NCBI GenBank assembly: GCA_000708835.1
Contig: DF236972.1
Location: 62,001 to 126,000 of the forward strand
Reading direction: 5' to 3'
Source of the DNA: Klebsormidium nitens
Taxonomy: Eukaryota > Plantae > Klebsormidiophyceae
DNA length: 64,000 nt
Below the pieces are notes generated by a model that was not told the DNA's origin, searched no databases, and saw only the letters and a program-made list of their open reading frames with translations. Numbering within the stretch: position 1 is the stretch's first letter; every line of letters begins with the position of its first letter. Positions 59,845 to 64,000 of the stretch are shown here, piece by piece. Position numbers and translations under genes: made by a program.

Positions 59845-62800
59845 TTAGTCCGAGGCCTGGTGAAGTTTGACGAGGCTGGCATATGCCCCTCCCTCGATCT
59901 TCAGCAGCTCTTGGTGCGTCCCTTGCTCCGCGATCGCGCCGCTCTGGACGACCATAATCTTGTGGGCATTGCGGACTGCAGAGACAATAGTCAACGAGCG
60001 CTGCTAAGCTCGGAAGGACATGAAAAGGCGGACCGTTTCTAGATGCAACAAAGACAACGCAGGAATTCAGCAGCGCATACCCATTGCATGTGAGGACACC
60101 TTTTATAAACCTTGTCAAAATGCCCACCACATGAGGATTCCCGGAAACTTCAAGCCATTGACTCCCATATGTTTGTGGGATCGAAACCCATAACCACCAG
60201 ATTACCAAGCCGTTCACCCCTCCGACAATTTGCCCAGCCTTTCAGCACCCGGACAACCCGAGAGACATGGTGAACTAAAAGTGAGAAGAAACGAGCCCTG
60301 TAACCCTGGTTTAAACGAACCCGTCAATCCGAAACCACCTGTAGTCAGCCGGTGCACGATGATGACGACCCCCCATCAACTTATCCAGGGCGTCCTGCAT
60401 CTAAATTCTAAATCCGAAAGATGCGAACACCCGAAAACTCTGACTCCAAACAAAGGGTTAGGGTCATCTTAACCCACCTATGGTCAGCCGGTGCGCGATG
60501 ACGACAGTGGTCCGGCCCACCATCACCTTATGAGGGGCATCATCCTGCACTAGTACTGAAACCCGAAAGATACTAACAACCTAAACTATGAAATTGAAAT
60601 TCTTCAAAGATACGAAAAAATTCAGGTTAGTCTTTTTAACCCACCTGTGGTCAGCCGGTGCGCAATAACGACAGTGGTCCGGCCCACCATCACCTTATCC
60701 AGGGCGTCCTGCACCAACTTCTCCGACTCCGCGTCCAGCGCGCTCGTCGCCTCATCTGCGGCGAACGTGACACGTGTCAGCCCGTGACACGTGTCAACTT
60801 ATGACACATGTCCGATACTTCTTCGAAGTTCGCGGTTCGTAAGAGCAGCGGGAGTTCTTCCTACCTGTTTTACAGCGTTTAACGTATATAGCCCAGCTGA
60901 TGCGTATATCAGGAGATGAGTAGGGCACTCAAACAATGGTGACTCTTGCTCTCATCTTTCAGGCGATAATGGTTTGCTATCTCTGCCTCTCTAGAGGCAC
61001 CGTGTCTGATGCCTGCAGGGGCCTGGAAAAGCACACGCTTCCGATCCTGATTCGTCAAACCTTGCAAAATCAATCTGCTGAAGCCTGAACCTCCTGACAC
61101 ACCATCTCCACAAGAATTTCTCAACGTGTCCTTCACAAGCTCCTCGCCGCCCAAATCTATCTTTGCCCTCCTGTCCCGGCCGGCCCGTGCACAGGATGCC
61201 TCGCTTCAATCCTCGCAAATGCTTTGGTCGCTCTTTCAATAGACGGCCACGATGATTTGCGCCCGAGCACGGGGCTCCTGTAGAGCCCTGCTTGCTACCA
61301 CCATCGCATACCCTCATACTCGCTCACTTAGCAAAGGATCCGCGAATTCTTGAAATGCGCGCGCAATGGCGTGGATCTTCGGTGGCCTGAGGCCTCAGAG
61401 AACTCTCCAATTCTAAAACTCAGCCAGCAAGAATAATCCGCGGGTTCTTCAAAATCGCGCGCGCAATAACATAGATTTTTGCAAAAACTTCAGTCTCCTG
61501 GGATTGCAAAAAAAATCAAACTTTTGAAAAACCCACCTAGCAGGATGATCCGCGGGTTCTTCAGGATCGCGCGCGCGATCGCCACCCGCTGCTTCTGTCC
61601 GCCCGACAGCTGCACCCCCCGCTCGCCCACTTGGGTGCCGTACCGCTCCGGCAAGCGCTCGATGAAGCTGTGCGCGTTTGCGGCGCGCGCGGCCGCCTCG
61701 ATCTCTTCGTCTGTCGCGTTTTCCTTGCCGTAAGCAATGTTGTCGCGGATGCTGACCTGTCGAATGAGCAGTGACGTATGAGAAAGCTGACTGTAAATTC
61801 TGTCTTCTAAGTGCTTGAGTAGAAGTACCGTACCAGCGTCTAATTTCGTCGGTCTGGGTGCCAAATACTTATTTTCTGATCGATCTGACATTTCGGCGGA
61901 GTATTTTACATTTTTCTGACATTTCGTAAAAGTAGCATCCTCTGCCATAATCATCCATTACCAACCTTTATCGCCCGTATATATAATCTGACCTTTTCGT
62001 CATTGAAGGAAAATGTCTTCTAAAATGTTCGGCAGCCCAAATAATTATTTAATCAAAAACGAAAACAAACACTGATACGGTACTCAATGCCTCGGTCAAA
62101 GAAGTACAACTTTGACAAGCTGTGGTGGTTGCTCCCCGACAGAGCGCTTGGGAATGCAACTGACTAAGATCACAAGCCGGCTTCAGAGGGGAAGCAAATT
62201 CGCTCTTCTCACATAAATGAAGACGATGCGCCATTTTTATTCCGGGAGTCGGAAAGCACACGTACCGTAAGGTTCGCAGGACTTTATACCATTTAGCGAA
62301 ATGCTTTCTTACCTCAACTGCATCGCCTTACAAGAAAGGGTGCAACAGATCGTCTTTAGCAAGCACGTAAATGGACGTCCGAACGGTGGGGGACTGTACG
62401 TAACAAGAGTTTCGGATCGCAGAGCTTTGAAAAGACTGTCACCCGAGCTGTATAAGGCTGACTAGAGAGGCAAGAGTTGCCAAACTTGCTTACCGAGAAG
62501 AGGTTGGGCTCTTGGGAGACGAGCCCGATGTGCTTGCGCAGCCACTTGAGCTGCATCTTCTTGATGTCGACTCCGTCTACCGAGACGGTTCCTGCAGAAA
62601 CAGGCGGGACTTTAGAGAGCGGTCGCAGGTTTTCGTGGATGTCTATTGCCTTGCATTACCCAGTCTGTCTCGCGCGCGAAAAACGGCCGACGTCATGCTT
62701 CTCAGCGGTTCGCCAGAGTCTGCTGAAAAGCTGAGCTCAGCGATGCTTGTGTAACAGGGCGGAGAAGGAGAATGAGCCTTGAGTGACATCATCAGCAAAC

Positions 62801-63268
62801 AGGCTACATACAAACTCCTTCCGAAGAGATCTAGGGTGCTGGGAAGCGCAGTGCAGTCATCCAAGATGAATGTAGGCGTTTTGTGTTTGAAAACTTGATA
62901 CGGTGGTCCCTATGATCAATACCAGGTTCTCGGCAACTCGAACAAAGTCAGCAGGATCGGAGAAATCCGAAGCGTCAGATTGTCGACGTCAAAGAAACGA
63001 CGGCAGCGCTACGACGCGCAATCGGCCCCCAGCCAACTCGTCCTCCTGCGATCCGGCTCACGAAACAACCGACACGGCTTCCAGTGCGACAAAGCGTGGT
63101 CACGAGGGGGAACCCCGTAGACTGTGACATACCTGTCGCGGGGTCGTAGAACCGTTCGATGAGCGCGATGACCGTCGATTTGCCGGACCCGCTCTCGCCG
63201 ACGAGCGCCACCGTCCGTCCGGACTCGATGTCGAAGCTCATGCCGCGGAAGATCTGGACGTCCGGCCG
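59845..63268 (-). CDS. ABCB: ABCB (MDR/P-glycoprotein) transporter, C-terminal nucleotide-binding domain; exons 63268-63133, 62591-62494, 61756-61537, 60755-60645, 59975-59845; 5' part lies beyond the window
   Basis: Walker [11 protein letters not shown]-loop VSQEP, signature LSGGQKQR, Walker B/D-loop [12 protein letters not shown]-loop IAHRLTT, ends [12 protein letters not shown]. Confidence 0.95.
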
Positions 63269-64000
63269 CTGTACGGCAAAAAGACACGTGGCATCAGCAT
63301 TAAAGACCGCTCGAAAGGACACGTGGAGCTGGCAGATCAGACATCACTGTCTGTCCGGAGTCCGGACTCGATGTCGCAGCTCATACCGCGAAAGATCTGG
63401 ACGTCCAGCCGCTGTACGAATCAGAGACATGTGGCATCAGCACAAGGACGGCTCGAAAGTATATGTGAAACTAGCACAGCAAATGTTACTGTCCGTCTGG
63501 ACTCGATGTCGCAGGTTGGAAAAAGTGTGTTTTGTCTCTCGCTTCTTGCAAGATCTGGACGTTTGGACGCTGTACGGACCAGAGACACGTGGCATCAGCA
63601 CAACGATCGCTCAAAAGGGTACCTCGGAGTAGCAGGCAAAAATTTTGTTTTTTCACGTCGGAGCAATGGCGCACAGAATGTGGACGTCCGCACATTGTCG
63701 CACATGACAGACACGTGGCATCACAAGAGCGGAAGCCCTGGAAGGCACGTGGCACTGGCATGCCTCAAAACTGCCAAAACCACGTGAGAATTGCAGAGTG
63801 CACGTTGCTCGTTTATGCTGATTTTCGTGGCTGAAGCACCTTGAGTAGAACGTGAACGCAAGATCGGGCAGCCCCAAGCCTGAAAAGGGAGGGACAAGAA
63901 AAAACCCACCAAAGGGGGCAGCTCAAGACCTTCAAACGAGAACAGAAAAATACAAAACAGAGGAGGCATCTCACGGGCGCAGAAAAGAATGACAAAATAC

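Overview
Intron-rich eukaryotic nuclear DNA from a green plant. The plant-type gene set, GC-rich exons and long introns suggest a streptophyte alga such as Klebsormidium (inference, not confirmed by any search). Left to right: 3' part of a low-complexity hypothetical gene; an A20/AN1 zinc-finger SAP (-); an intron-containing tRNA-Arg(CCG); a 439-N gap; an ELIP-like gene (-) head-to-head with plastid heme oxygenase (+); a MITE; an 8-exon Crinkler-like PD-(D/E)xK nuclease gene; an unknown multi-exon gene with hairpin-repeat introns, a C2CH finger and a 2A-like motif; a copper-radical (glyoxal-type) oxidase; a ~4.6 kb-arm inverted duplication carrying two modular secreted Cys-rich/AGP-like genes around a GTAC-rich spacer with TE remnants; eIF2B delta (-); a DUF2256 gene (+); and the 3' end of an ABCB transporter (-). 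The most striking unexplained pattern is that introns of three unrelated genes contain tandem, progressively decaying copies of the neighbouring exon edge plus its splice site. All exon boundaries were read by eye and are predictions.
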